DNA of 64,000 bases from Octopus vulgaris (Eukaryota), in the NCBI GenBank assembly GCA_951406725.2, contig OX597824.1:59210001-59274000 (forward strand). The letters are read 5' to 3'. Below, piece after piece: positions 41,351 through 55,094 of this stretch. Within the stretch, counting starts at the first letter, position 1. Each line of letters starts with the position of its first letter. Under the pieces are notes generated by a model. That model did not search any database and had not been told where the DNA came from. It worked only from the letters and a program-made list of their open reading frames with translations. A program made the position numbers and the translations under genes.

Positions 41351-41503
41351 AAGTAGCTTGCTAACCAACCACATGGTTCAGGGTTCAGTCCCACTGCGTG
41401 GCATCTTGGTCAAGTGTCTTCTGCTATAGCCCCGGGCCGACCAATGCCTTGTGAGTGGATTTGGTAGACGGAAACTGAAAGAAGCCTGTCGTATATATGT
41501 ATA

Positions 41504-41597
<94 letters not shown>

Positions 41598-41921
41598 TGT
41601 GTTTGTCCCCCTAGCATTGCTTGACAACCGATGCTGTTGTGTTTATGTCCCCGTTACTTAGCGGTTCGGCAAAAGAGGCCGATAGAATAAGTACTGGGCT
41701 TACAAAAGAATAAGTCCCGGGTCGATTTGCTCGATTAAAGGCGGTGCTCCAGCATGGCCACAGTCAAATGACTGAAACAAGTAAAAGAGTAAAAGAGTAA
41801 AAGAGTAAAGGTACTTTTTAATATGCTGGCCATTGATAAAAATTTTTTCGAAAACTTTTATCCTATATTAGATGTAAATTTAATAGTTTTCACTTCCGTA
41901 CTCTCTCCCTCTCCAACATTG

Positions 41922-42080
41922 CTTGACAACCGATGGTGGTTCGGCAAAAGATACCGATAGTATGAGTAATAGGTTTACCATGATTAAGTCCTGGGGTCTA
42001 TTTGCTCGAGTAAGGAGCAGGGTGCTCCAGAATGGCAGCAGTCAAATGACTGAAACAAATAAAAGAAAAAAGAATAAAAG
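41922..42080 (+). mobile_element. SINE family 1, 3' fragment
   Basis: Aligns with 41615-41790. Confidence 0.75.
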
Positions 42081-42288
42081 GCTATGCATGTACGTATACA
42101 TCTGTGTCTATATGTATATATACACATATATATGCATCAGTGTATACGTATGTGTGTGTATGTATCTGTCGGTGTGCCTGTGCGGCTGTGTGTAAGTCTG
42201 TCTGTAACTGTTTCCGTTTATCTGTCTTTTGGATTTTCTATCTGTCCTTGTCGCTCTCACTCTCTTTCTTTGTCTATCTGTCTGTCTG

Positions 42289-42377
<89 letters not shown>

Positions 42378-42463
42378 GAGGTCAGTACTTTCTGTCACTT
42401 TTGTGACCTCTATAAATTTTGCCTTTAGGTTTTAATTGCTTATAAGCGACACTTTTTAATTTG

Positions 42464-42528
<65 letters not shown>

Positions 42529-43394
42529 CACGTACATATTCTTTTATTCGTTTCAGCCATGCATATTTATATGTAAATGAATACATACATACATGCATAT
42601 ATATATATGATATACATCCACATATAAACTTAGCTATATATATACACACACACACGCATCACACACACAAACTCACGCACACACACACATAAACTCACAC
42701 ACACACATCTATATATATACATACATATGTATATATGTATGTATTATATATATATATGTATGTATGTATGCATGCATGTATGTAGGTATGAATGTATGTA
42801 TGTATGTATACATGTATATATGTATGTATGTATGTATGTGTGTATGTATGTATGTATGTATGTATGTATGTGTGTATGTATGTATGTATATGTATGTATG
42901 TATGTATGTATGTATGAATGTATGTATGTAACAGCTAAACAATAATACATACATAAATAAATATATGTCTGATGAAAGGAAACATCTGCGAACCATTTGG
43001 CGAAAGTATAACTTCATGCAGCAATAGAAATGTGAAAATTCTTCACTTTCGTTGAAAATATTCGAAGGGAAATTGCTCTGCTTTCAACGAAAAAGGACTA
43101 AAGTTGACAGATATTCGTTTACAGACTTACAGACTGGTTACACGCTCGGTTGCTCTTGAAATGGAGGACACGCAAATACATAAACAGTCGCACATATTAT
43201 ACACACGTATACATAAGCGCTCGCACACATATATACATGTATATATGTATGTATATATATATGATCTATATTATAACTATAAAATATATATTCTGATTAT
43301 AAATATATATATATATATATATATACATACATATATATATATATATACACTCATATGTATGTAAATATATATGTCTGTACATATGTAGTATATA

Positions 43395-43448
<54 letters not shown>

Positions 43449-43516
43449 CATATAAGCTTACATGTACACATATATAAATATATATTCATAGATACAAATA
43501 TGTTTGCACATAATTA

Positions 43517-43559
<43 letters not shown>

Positions 43560-43902
43560 GAATATATATCTGTATATGTATACATACACATTATTATATA
43601 TATATGCATATATGAATACACTCATTGTGTACTACCTCTGTGTGTATGTTTAAGTATGCAAGTGTACGCGTTATTACTAAGAGCACAGACTATTTATTAC
43701 AGTGCATATTAGGTTTAATGTTGACCCTGTTAACCTTTGACCCATAAATACAGGAATTCACAATGTATCTTTTTTAATAAAGGTCTTTTTAAATATGCAC
43801 AACACTAACAAAGTATATTTCAATGCTACTGCAGTGTAAAAACTGTTCCTTCAATTGCGCAGTTATTCTTCCGTACATACACACATATATATATATATAT
43901 AT

Positions 43903-44132
43903 ATTTCTTTACTGCCCACAAGGGGCTAAACATAGAGGGGACAAACAAGGACAGACAATGGTATTAAGTCGATTACATCGACCCCAGTTGGAAACTGGTA
44001 CTTTATTTATCGACCCCGAAAGGATGAAAGGCAAAGTCGACCTCGGCGGAATTTGAACTCAGAACGTAACGACAGACGAAATACGGCTACGCATTTCGCC
44101 CGGCGTGCTAACGTTTCTGCCAGCTCGCCGCC
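43903..44132 (-). mobile_element. tRNA-derived SINE family 2, near full length
   Basis: ggcggcgagctggcagaaacgttag...gagttcaaattccgccgaggtcgactttgcctttcatcctttcggggtcgataaa. Confidence 0.85.
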
Positions 44133-44259
44133 TTATATATATATACAGTCAAACACATGCATACATGCACACTTACATACATGAACTCATCCTTTCAATT
44201 CATAGTTTCATTACTTCGTATACGCACACATACATATATGCACATACATACATATACAA

Positions 44260-45112
44260 GCGCAGGCGTGGTTGTGTGGTAAGAATTTTGCTTCCCAATC
44301 AAATCGTTCTGGGTTCTCCCACTGCGTGCTAACTTCGGCAAGCGTCTTCTACTAAAGCCACGGGCCAACCAAAATTTTGTGAGTGGATTTGGTAAACGAA
44401 AACTGAAAGATGTCCGTCTTGTGTGTGCGCGTGTGTGTGTGTTTGTTGTTGTGTGCGTGTCTGTGTGTCTATGTTTGCCCCCACTTAACACTTGGCAGCC
44501 GCAAAAGAGAACGATGGATTATGTACCAGGCTTTAGAAAGTACTGGTGTCGAAATTTATTTCCCAGCCAACGGTTTTGGTCTCAGTGTCACAGTTCAGCA
44601 CCGTAGATATGCATCTTCTACTATAGCCTCAGGACGACCAAGCCTTATGAGTGGAATTGGTGGACGGAAACTTTCAGGCTTCTATTAGAAACCTGCGAAA
44701 CTTTAAGTCGCATGGATCCACATATAACTGTTTTAAACAACTGCCACAAAATGTGTTGAGTGCCCTTTCTTTTTATTTCCCTACTCACCAATGTGTGTGT
44801 GAGTGTGTGCGCCCGCGCGCGTGTGTGTTCATGTGCGCACGTGCATGTGTGGATGCGTTGGTGGGTGTGTGCATGCGTGTATGTGGGTGGGTGTCTTTGT
44901 GTTTGCGTATGTCCTCGACCATTCTTTGACAGCCGGTCATGGTTTGTTACGTCCTTGTAACTTAGCGGTTTCAGCAAAAGAGACCTATCGAATAAGTCCA
45001 GGCTTTAAAAAGATAAGTAATGACATCAATTTTCTCAGCTTAACATTCTTCGTGTTAATGCCCCGGTATGGCCGCAGTCTAATGATTGACGCATATAAGA
45101 GAATAAAAGAAT
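44260..45112 (+). mobile_element. Two decayed SINE family 1 copies
   Basis: Head at 44260, body at 44610-44680, tail at 44930-45112. Confidence 0.7.
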
Positions 45113-45214
45113 CTATATACTCTACATTTTAAATGTGTTGAATCTTTGTTAGAATGCTGGAAAATTTAATCATATGACCATGTATAACTGATGATATGCT
45201 TGTGTTTGGGTACG

Positions 45215-45418
45215 TACGAGGGGTGCTAAAAATTCCTGGCTTTGGGCAGCAGACAATACAGAAGGTTCAGTTAATTATAATATTATTGAACATATTTCCC
45301 TCTCAGATTTACACACTTATTGCAACAGTCCTTTAGTTTTTCTAAGCCCTGTGAAAGAACTCGGAAGACTTCAGCCAGGTGGCGACACCCTTGAAACCAG
45401 GAACTTTTCAGCACCCCA
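45215..45418. mobile_element. Mariner-type MITE
   Basis: TIRs ggggtgctaaaaattcctgg / ccaggaacttttcagcacccc. Confidence 0.7.
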
Positions 45419-45946
45419 TCCCCATATGTAACTACGTTTACCTTTCAGTAATGCCTTTTGACGATAGTTGTAAATATTTATCGAGAAAAACAATAATAAG
45501 TGTTTTGTTATATTTGTTCCATCCGAGTTGAACACACTCGCTTGTGGAAAGATAGTGATCTAGTGGCAACTAGTAATCAACGACGCTACTTTTCACAATA
45601 TGTGACAGTTAATTAATGAATACAGTTATTAACGGGTAATTTATTGTAGTTTTAAGAAAGGATAGGCTAGTTGGTGCCATTGTTGTTTAACTCCGGAACA
45701 AACCTAAAAGATCAGCCACAAGTGTTTATGCATTCCATCCACGACCAACCCTGTTTTCTTTTTACATAGCATAGTATTCATGTTCATAGAAAACAATTTG
45801 TCCCTTTGTAGTGATAGTAATGTGTAATCTAAGAGATATTTTGGCTGCTATTTCTACCAGATATAATGACATCTTTATGACTCCTTGTTGGCTCAAGAAA
45901 GACGGGAATGTTTATACAGAGGAATAGTTTCTCTGTTGTTGTTGTT

Positions 45947-45984
<38 letters not shown>

Positions 45985-46769
45985 TGTTGTTGTTTAGTCT
46001 ACCATAAATGCTGGTCCAGCAGTGACTGTTCTGATTTCTGTATTTCAAAGACTACATTGTCAAATGTTGCCTCAGAAAGACGGCAGTGACCGATTTCCGG
46101 GAAATTTAACGCCATTGTTAGATTCAGTATATTTCTTAGAGCAGAAACAAATGGCGAACTTCAATTTTATGAATTGAAATGCACTGATATAACATGGAAA
46201 AAACCTTTATGTTGTTATTGTTGTTGTTGTGTGTATATGAGTATATGTGTTTAGTCGGTACATAAGAAGCGTTATTAAGTACATTTCTAATTAACCATCA
46301 TGCAGCGTCTCTTCCTTTCGAAATAAAGGCCATTTCCTTAGAGAGCACGGCAGTCACTACTTGAATATAAATTAAAGTAAGTCTTCACAAATTATTTTAA
46401 TTATATAAAGAAAACATAACTCAATATTGAATTAATATATATATATTCCTATAATTATTTTACATCGTGTTGTTGCTGTTGTTGCTGCTGTCATTATTAA
46501 TTCTTATTATTGTTTTGTTGTTTACTTGGTTATCTATACTGCACTTGTTCTCGTCTGGAAATTACCAATGTTATCGTTTTCTTCATATATTTTTTCTGTT
46601 ATTTCTTTTCAGATATATATTCAATTTTGATTTCCTCTTACGTCACAGCATGGATACAGGAAGGGTGTATAAATAAATAAATGAAAAAACCCAGTTTGGT
46701 CGTTTTGTATAATACTTTCAACACACGACAATAAAGTAGAGCGCAATCAACTCTGAACTACACCCTTTG

Positions 46770-47162
46770 TACTATTGGCACAAACCCTCAAATTTTGTTG
46801 GGAATGGGCACGCAGATTACATCGACCCTAGTGCTTAACTGGTACCTATTTTATCGACCCAAAAAGGATGACAGGTAAAGTCGACCTGGGCGGAATTTGA
46901 ACTCAGATCGTATAGACGGACGAAATACCTATTTCTTTACTACCCACAAAGGGCTAAACACAGAGAGGACAAACAAGAACAGACAAACGGATTAAGTCGA
47001 TTATATCGACCCCAGTGCGTAACTGGTACTTATTTAATCGACCCCGAAAGGATGAAAGGCAAAGTCGACCTCGGCGGAATTTGAACTCAGAACGTAGCGG
47101 CAGACGAAATATCGCTAAACATTTTGTCCGACGTGATAACTACTCCTCGAGCATGCTGCCTT
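46770..47162 (-). mobile_element. SINE family 2, two nested or tandem copies
   Basis: atcgaccc...ggcggaatttgaactcaga occurs at about 46820-46928 and 47004-47110. Confidence 0.85.
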
Positions 47163-47452
47163 AACCACACCTACATTCAAAACTGTTCAAACCATAACCA
47201 TTCCGTCTTTCATATTTAGGTGTCACTAGAAGATTTGACTACTACCTCTAGCTGTTGGACCGTCGAAATTGAGTCTTTTTTGTTAGTTCCATGATATAAA
47301 ACTTATAATCAAAATGAAAATGAAATTATCCTAGATTTTGAAACAAATCAAAGTAAAACTTATAATGTGTGTCTGTATGTGTGTATGAATGTGTGTATGT
47401 GTGTTTATCTGTCTGTGTCTGTTTGTGTGTATGTGTGTTTTTGTCTGTCTGT

Positions 47453-47494
<42 letters not shown>

Positions 47495-48049
47495 TGGCGC
47501 TACGTGCGTGTGTGTGGATTATTCAGTATCGCTACAATCGCTTCATTAAGAGATTTTATTACACTGTAACATCTTACAGGTATATCTGCATGAAGTGCAA
47601 CATCTATAAATAATGCAAAACACAATAGAAAGCCGTTAAAATCATAAGGGTGCACTACGTTGCACAGGAGTAAACATTGACGTGCAGCTGGACAGCGTAA
47701 CCCAAAGGCGTTCGCTGATCAAGAAAACCAACTGTTTAGTTATGGAAGGAGGCTGGAATGTAAGAGTTTAATCGGAAGTGTAGGTCGCTCAATTAGGTTG
47801 TCTGAGGAAATAGACATAAGGAAAGGAATAACCAGTCATTTAATATAATTGATCAGAATAAAATAAAAGCACATAATAGAGAAAAGATAAATAGTAATTC
47901 TTAACCCAGTGTATGTGGCCTTGTGGTTGGAGTGTAAGGCTCATGGGGAGTTGGTTTCGATTCCTGGACCAGAGAGAAAGTGTCTCTGTCCGCTCGCGAC
48001 AAGACATAAACACCGTCTCGCTACTCCGCACCGTTGACCAAGTTGAATA

Positions 48050-48735
48050 TCCAGGTTATGAACTTCCTTCATGTGAATGTCCAATTTGCGTAGATGATGA
48101 GGAAATCACATTGGAGGAAGTTGAGATAGAATTGAAATTATTGAAAAATAACAAAACTGCAGATATTGTTGGAATCCCTGGTGAGATTGTTAAATATGGA
48201 GAGGAAGCCATGGAGACAGCCTTACTTAACCTACTTAACGTAATATGGACTGATAAGAAAATAGAGAAATGGAAAACAGCAATCATTGAGAAACTTGAAG
48301 TAATGGTGATATTTGTGGTTGTTGAATGTGGAAGGGAAAGTGTTCGCGGTGATCATTACTCTGGGTTTAGTGACTGGGTTAAACAGGTTGTAAGGCACTT
48401 TTGTAACTGTAAGAGACCAACTATGTGGATTTTATGGAAAGAGATCTACGCTAATATATTTCATACATTGCAAGACATTACTGGAAACACTATCCAATAA
48501 AAATCACCGCCATTATTTAAATTTGTCGTTTTCCAGAAGGTCTTAATTAATGAAAGCAAAAATGTTTTGTAGAAAATCGCCAAAAGTTACAGAATGCCTG
48601 AAAAAAATTTGATTAACATAATTAAGGCAATGTAATACGTTTCTAATAGTTGTGTCCATGTTGATGAGGGAATGACACAGTGTTTCCCTGTTAAAATTGG
48701 CGTTAGACAAGGTCGCGTTTTGCGTTCAGTTCTCT
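48050..48735 (+). mobile_element. RTE-like LINE RT fragment (decayed)
   Basis: ITLEEVEIELKLLKNNKTADIVGIPGEIVKYG...IW...WKTAII and FPVKIGVRQG. Confidence 0.8.
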
Positions 48736-50522
48736 CAGCTAATCAAAAACATTTGTTGTTTGTAACAGCATTACAGACGTATTTTTCATGAGTTATATTT
48801 AGATATGTGTTACAATCATTCGAACTGATAACAGCCTGTTACTGGTCTTTGTTTTATTTGCCACAGAAGAAATATTGAGATGTAGTTACACTTGCTGTAT
48901 TTGTCAATATATGGTCTAACAATGCAGTTACAGTCACTTATATACAGTAATCAACTGACACGTGATTACTATCCTTCAATCACTTTGGGAACCCGTAACA
49001 GCCGTGAAACCACATATGCATCAACTACATACTACATGGAATCTGATAATGTAGTGGCATCTAATACCTTTCAGTCGTTCTGGACCTCGCAGATTGTACC
49101 TCAGATTTATCCATATCGCACTCATTCGGCTGGGAGACTACCTGATGTACAACCAGACCTTGTATTTCGCGTGAGATGAGAAAGTCTAAGAAAAATTAAG
49201 GTAAATTCATTTCAATATAGAGTGGAATTGCATGGAACCAAGAGCGATAACTCTCTAAGATATTTAACTAAAATCACTACCCTTGTACTGTGCTTGATAA
49301 ATAAACCAAATATCGAAATTGATCCAAAAATTCTTCTAAACGATGTACTAACTATATCGTTCAGACTGCGCACATAAACTCATAGTCAGAGTGCAAGCGC
49401 CGATAATAATAGAGTGGCAGTATCGTGGTTCTGCGTCACAAGTGTAATGATCTACAGATGAAGGAGGATAATGGGAGAACTAGAGAGGGCAGAAGATAGG
49501 AGGGAGTGGGTATTAAAATAGAATTGCATGGAAGAAGAAAAATAGTTTAGAGTAAGGGGTTGTTTAGAGGAGAAAAAGAAGAGAGTAAATAAAAATAGAA
49601 CGAAGAATGGAACGTATGAGTTGAAACTGTCCGCATTAACGTTGTTTCTGTCTCATTAAAATGGTTCTCAGTTCAAAAACTAACCTTTAAAGTTAGCTGT
49701 TATCAACAGGGCTATGAAAGAGCATTTTGGGAGACTTCGTTTTTTTTTTAATTCAGGCATATGTTAGCATATTTGAGATCTTAAAATATTTGTGCTCTCT
49801 TTTTGTCTGTTGAATAGTGTTGACACTGCTTGGTTCCGTTAATCAACGCATTTGGGCTCACAAGCAAACTCTATTTAAGGATACACTTGAAGTAATACTT
49901 CCTCTTCCCTTTATATTTCATTTATATCCTTTCAATAACTTCCATACTTTCCTTTATAATTCTTTCCCCTCTCTCCTTACTTGGGTTACTGAATGAAATT
50001 AATATTGAAAAAATGACGAAATTAACTTCAACAATTCTAAATATATAACTAGTAAGTGTTTATATATTTCATTTTATAACACACAGAAGAAATATATATT
50101 AACCTCTGCCTTTCCCCTTTATTGAATACTAACGTCTGAAACTAAATACTTTTACGACATTTAGATCGACGCCCTTTCATGTTTGCTCTTACTAATCGGT
50201 CTCATTCCAATTTATTATTGGTATTAACTCCAAAATTAATTTTGATTAATATTTGGTTTCACTAATATAATATTTAAACAGCTTACATTTGAAATGATTA
50301 TAATTATATATGAAGTTGACACCCAACTAGATATGCATGTCTTAAATGTGCACGTGAATATAAAACGTATACTATCGTGTAAAGCCCAATGCTAGATTTC
50401 TGTATACGTCTGCATTAAATATTTTGCATATTTGAGCAATTTACAAGCTCATATGAGAAACGCCTAGAAATATATATATATAGATATATGTATGTGTATG
50501 TGTGTGTATGGATGGATGGATC

Positions 50523-50569
<47 letters not shown>

Positions 50570-50602
50570 TTATATACATGCTTATATGTATGTATGAGTG
50601 TG

Positions 50603-50645
<43 letters not shown>

Positions 50646-51519
50646 TTTCTTGAGAATCTCAACTTCGTCAAAATGTTGCCCAAGTAATATATTATTTTCA
50701 GAATCATATTTCAGCCACAAACGGGAATCGTGAAAGACAATAAAATTGAAAATTCTCCAGAATTTAAAATTATTCTTTTATGACTAAGGATTTCAGGGAA
50801 AACAAAAACAGCAGTAAAGACTTGCAAATTAGTGTTACAAATGTGGAGAGCCATTGTGATATATGGTACCTTTTTACAAGTCGATAGCCTAAGCCTCAAA
50901 ATATAACGAATTTTGGTAAACTCGAAATTACATAGGTGTCATCAACTAATTAACAAGCCTCAACTCTGATTTGTGTCGCATTGTAATGAACAGTTTTATT
51001 TTGTTTTAAGGGAATAAACCGAAAATATCAAGACTAGTGTTGATACGTTTAAGCAATTCAACCAATCAGAAGTCTCATGATTTCCATTACCATGAAACAA
51101 GAAATCGAACGCTCAGCAGCTGGGCATGGCGCAGATATGTCTGTGAAATCAAGGCATTCACTACACAACAACGCGTTCTGAGTTAAATTCCACTGTACAG
51201 TATCTGACCATAGCCTCGATTTGATCAAAGCATTATAAGAAAATTAAGGGTATCCGAAACCGTGCAAAAGTGGTGCTATGAAATGTATCAATTCTTGGAT
51301 TGTAGTCATCCTTTAATGCCCATTCATCACATAACCATTTGGTTCTCTGGTGGCTTTACCGGAGTCACCTACAGTGTAAATATTTAGATCCATGTTTTCT
51401 CTTTCTCTAGTCAGCATAAACGTACCCACAAAGGCATATGGAGACACTTCCTTCTGTGACTAATACACGAAACGCTATGTTTCAAACCAGCGGTAAAGTA
51501 GAAACAGCGCTTCAAACTA

Positions 51520-51980
51520 TAGACCTACATTTATTTTATTTCTTAGATTTAGACTGGGGAGGAACAATCACTCTGTAGCAGATATATTAAAAACCTATAG
51601 ACCTATATTTATCATTTATTACATTCCTGGTGTATCACTTGGAAAGAAGCAACCAATTTGTAGCAGATATACTAGGAAATTACAAACTTACAGACATTTC
51701 ATTTCCTGGCTCAGAATAGTGAATATCAAGCTATAACAAGTAAACTAGGAACCCACAGGCCTATATTCAACTTAATTCTTGAGTATGGGATTAGTGAGGG
51801 AAGGCCATTCGATAGCAAATAGACAAGGAGCTGATAAATTTACAGCAAATTGAATTCTTGGGTGCAGATTAGAGTGAGATGACCAAACCATGACAGGAAG
51901 ATTAGGAGCTTAAAGACTTACATTCAAATAGATTCTTGGGTGTAGATCAGAGTCGGACGATTATCTACGGTGAGCAGACT
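51520..51980. repeat. Degenerate tandem repeat, about 6 units of about 78 bp
   Basis: Anchor ttc(c/t)t(g/a)(g/a) at 51540, 51624, 51703, 51776, 51855, 51933, with recurring tagcaga/taggaa/gacctac motifs. Confidence 0.6.
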
Positions 51981-52758
51981 AGTAACGATAAATGAAGAAA
52001 ATATTTCCAATTATAATTAAAAAGATTACACTCATAAGGAACGTACATCCAGCCATTTCATCTGCATATATCCATTGCACCCATTCAGAGATATCAACAA
52101 TATAAATCTCAAAGAAATAATTTGCAACGTTCCAGCTTATAGAGATGTGGCTTCGATGACCTTCTAGACAAAACTTCAACAACGAAAGAAGTAAATGTAT
52201 AAACATAAAAAGAAAATTAAGCTCATTTCGGATATTAAGCAAAAACGCCATGCTTGACTAGTAAAAATTGCCCCCTGGCGAGTTAACGCCATCATATACT
52301 TAACCTAAATATCAACTCTGAAATCGTACATTTATGTTTAAAACTAATAATGCTGAAATTTATAGAAATACGCACGCACACACACACACACACGCGCGCA
52401 CTCAAACGTACACAAGCAAATGCACACTCAGATAAAAATACATTTATGCGTATTTGAACCTGTATATTGTATGCTATGTATACACAAACATGTGTGTTCG
52501 TATATGTGTGTGCGCGTATGTGTAAATCATCCATCAATATATATATGTATATATATATACACACACATATACATATATATACATATATATATATAGTTAT
52601 CGCCATACTAATATGGCATTCTTATAAAAATAAGAATAAAGCTGTCCGCTTATTAGCTCCATGAGGCCATCGCTTTAAGTTAGCTATTTGATACACAAAC
52701 TGTATCCATATAACCTTCGAACAAGGGAGGTCAGTCGCTCCACACTACTTGATCGACA

Positions 52759-52800
52759 GCTACAGACGCGTTTCGGGGTATTGCCCCTTTTCAATGTAGC
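52759..52800 (-). ncRNA. Type I hammerhead, U3-A8 core variant
   Basis: GCTACA-TTGAAAA-GGGG caata CCCC-GAAA-CGCG-TC-TGTAGC. Confidence 0.8.
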
Positions 52801-53120
52801 GTAGTCAGACCAGTAGGTGTCGCTTCTGACAATCTCTGTTCGAAGGTTTTATTTACCTAGTTTCAGTGGAATACATCCACTTGTTTTCAATAATAGAAAT
52901 ATTAAAATTACTAAGTCTCTCTAAAAGAGATCACGGCAGCGTTCCTGGAAAATAATAGTTATCGCCATACTAATATGGCATTCTTATAAAAATAAGAATA
53001 AAGCTGTCCGCTTATTAGCTCCATGAGGCCATCGCCTTAAGTTAGCTATTTGATACACAAACTGTATCCATATAATCTTCGAACAAGGGAGGTCAGTCGC
53101 TCCACACTACTTGATCGACA

Positions 53121-53161
53121 GCTACAGACGCGTTTCGGGGTATTGCCCCTTTTCAATGTAG
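53121..53161 (-). ncRNA. Type I hammerhead, U3-A8 core variant (second copy)
   Basis: Same motif 362 bp away; adjacent 10-bp deletion. Confidence 0.78.
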
Positions 53162-53536
53162 ACCAGTAGGTGTCGCTTCTGACAATCTCTGTTCGAAGGT
53201 TTTATTTACCTGTAGCTGTCGATCAAGTAGTGTGGAGCGACTGACCTCCCTTGTTCGAAGGTTATATGGATACAGTTTGTGTATCAAATAGCTAACTTAA
53301 GGCGATGGCCTCATGGAGCTAATAAGCGGACAGCTTTATTCTTATTTTTATAAGAATGCCATATTAGTATGGTGATAACTATTATTTTCCAGGAACGCTG
53401 CCGTGATCTCTTTTAGAGAGACTTAGTAATTTTAATATTTCTATTATTGAAAACAAGTGGATGTATTCCACTGAAACTAGGTAAATAAAACCTTCGAACA
53501 GAGATTGTCAGAAGCGACACCTACTGGTCTGACTAC

Positions 53537-53578
53537 GCTACATTGAAAAGAGGCAATACCCCGAAACGCGTCTGTAGC
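53537..53578 (+). ncRNA. Type I hammerhead, U3-A8 core variant (third copy)
   Basis: GCTACA-TTGAAAA-GAGG caata CCCC-GAAA-CGCG-TC-TGTAGC; predicted cleavage after 53572. Confidence 0.78.
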
Positions 53579-53790
53579 TGTCGATCAAGTAGTGTGGAGC
53601 GACTGACCTCCCTTGTTCGAAGGTTATATGGATACAGTTTGTGTATCAAATAGCTAACTTAAGGCGATGGCCTCATGGAGCTAATAAGCGGACAGCTTTA
53701 TTCTTATTTTTATAAGAATGCCATATTAGTATGGCGATAACTATTATTTTCCAGGAACGCTGCCGTGATCTCTTTTAGAGAGACTTAGTA

Positions 53791-53877
<87 letters not shown>

Positions 53878-53897
53878 CATTTATTTATTTCTATATT

Positions 53898-53930
<33 letters not shown>

Positions 53931-53993
53931 ATATATATATATATGGTTAGCAATTTTTTTCCGCTGTCTTCCTTTTCTATTGGATTTTCCTCT

Positions 53994-54028
53994 GTTTCTG
54001 AAGAAGAGCTTTGCTCGAAACGTTAAGC
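53994..54028 (+). ncRNA. Minimal type I hammerhead (PLE-type)
   Basis: GTTT-CTGAAGA-A-GAGC ttt GCTC-GAAA-CG-TT-AAGC. Confidence 0.75.
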
Positions 54029-54139
54029 CATCTTTCTTCCCTACCCTGAGAGTCTGCGTTGTTTTTTTGTTTGTTCTTCGATTTTTAGGATTTACTATAT
54101 ACATATGTATATGTATATATATATATATGAACATGTATA

Positions 54140-54288
<149 letters not shown>

Positions 54289-55033
54289 GCCCACATATGT
54301 ATGTATGTAATATGTATGTATGCACACATATATGTGTGTGCGTGTCAACGTGTGTAGTAGTGTCTGTATTTCTGCCAACATAAATTTATCTGAAGACGTC
54401 ACATGTTGGTACCATTTACCTAAGTACTGCGCAAAAGACGAAAAAAAAAACGGATTAAGAAGGCTTTGCTTTGCACTAAATGTTCGTCAAGCGTTAAATC
54501 GCTACTTGATGTATACAGTTCTTCAAACTGGGATTAATAAGTACGTCTCGCTAGAGAATGTAATATAGTGGCACCTAAAGAACTAAAAACATGTATTCTA
54601 GGCATAATTTCAGATATAAAATGATGTAAAGGAAAGAACTCAAATACACCATTGTCCTTATTTTTAGATAAATAATTTAAGGGACTATATGCTAATCCTG
54701 GTGTTGACGTCATATCTGCGAAGGAATGCAGAAGCTTAAATCTCTAAATAAAGGGAGACAACAACAACAATTATCACCCAGAGGCAATTTACATACTTTC
54801 AGTGAAGAATTAATGATAATTTTTCGACAAAGGAGACAACCGCAGGCTTTTGCTGTTCACGTACAAAGATTAATTATTAATAGTTTCTAACGTACAGCAA
54901 ATATAATACAGTTTATAACATCATATCTCTCTCTCTATCTATCTATCTATTTATCTATCTGTCCATCTGTTTGTCTGTCTGCCGGTCCGTCTATCTGTCA
55001 GTCTGCCTGCCTCTCTGTTCGCCTGCCTGTTTG

Positions 55034-55094
<61 letters not shown>

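Larger units (their letters stand above)
38984..41810 (+). mobile_element. Full-length SINE family 1 split by an insertion (38984-39020 plus 41351-41810), with (AGTAAAAG)n tail
   Basis: Joined halves match the 32558 copy; short tandem-repeat tail. Confidence 0.9.
38482..41872. mobile_element. HHR-bearing foldback element; right arm split by a SINE (arms 38482-38702 versus 38816-38985 plus 41806-41872)
   Basis: Long inverted repeat resumes after the SINE; taaagg duplicated at both SINE ends. Confidence 0.85.
52593..53793. mobile_element. Young retrozyme-like array of 362-bp units: about 1.7 units minus, then about 1.6 units plus, between (AT)n tracts
   Basis: 52593 repeats at 52955; 53211 repeats at 53573; near-identical copies. 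Confidence 0.92.

Noticed and set aside
52593-53793. CRISPR-like or satellite array
   Set aside because: Long near-identical units without unique spacers; better explained as an HHR retroelement
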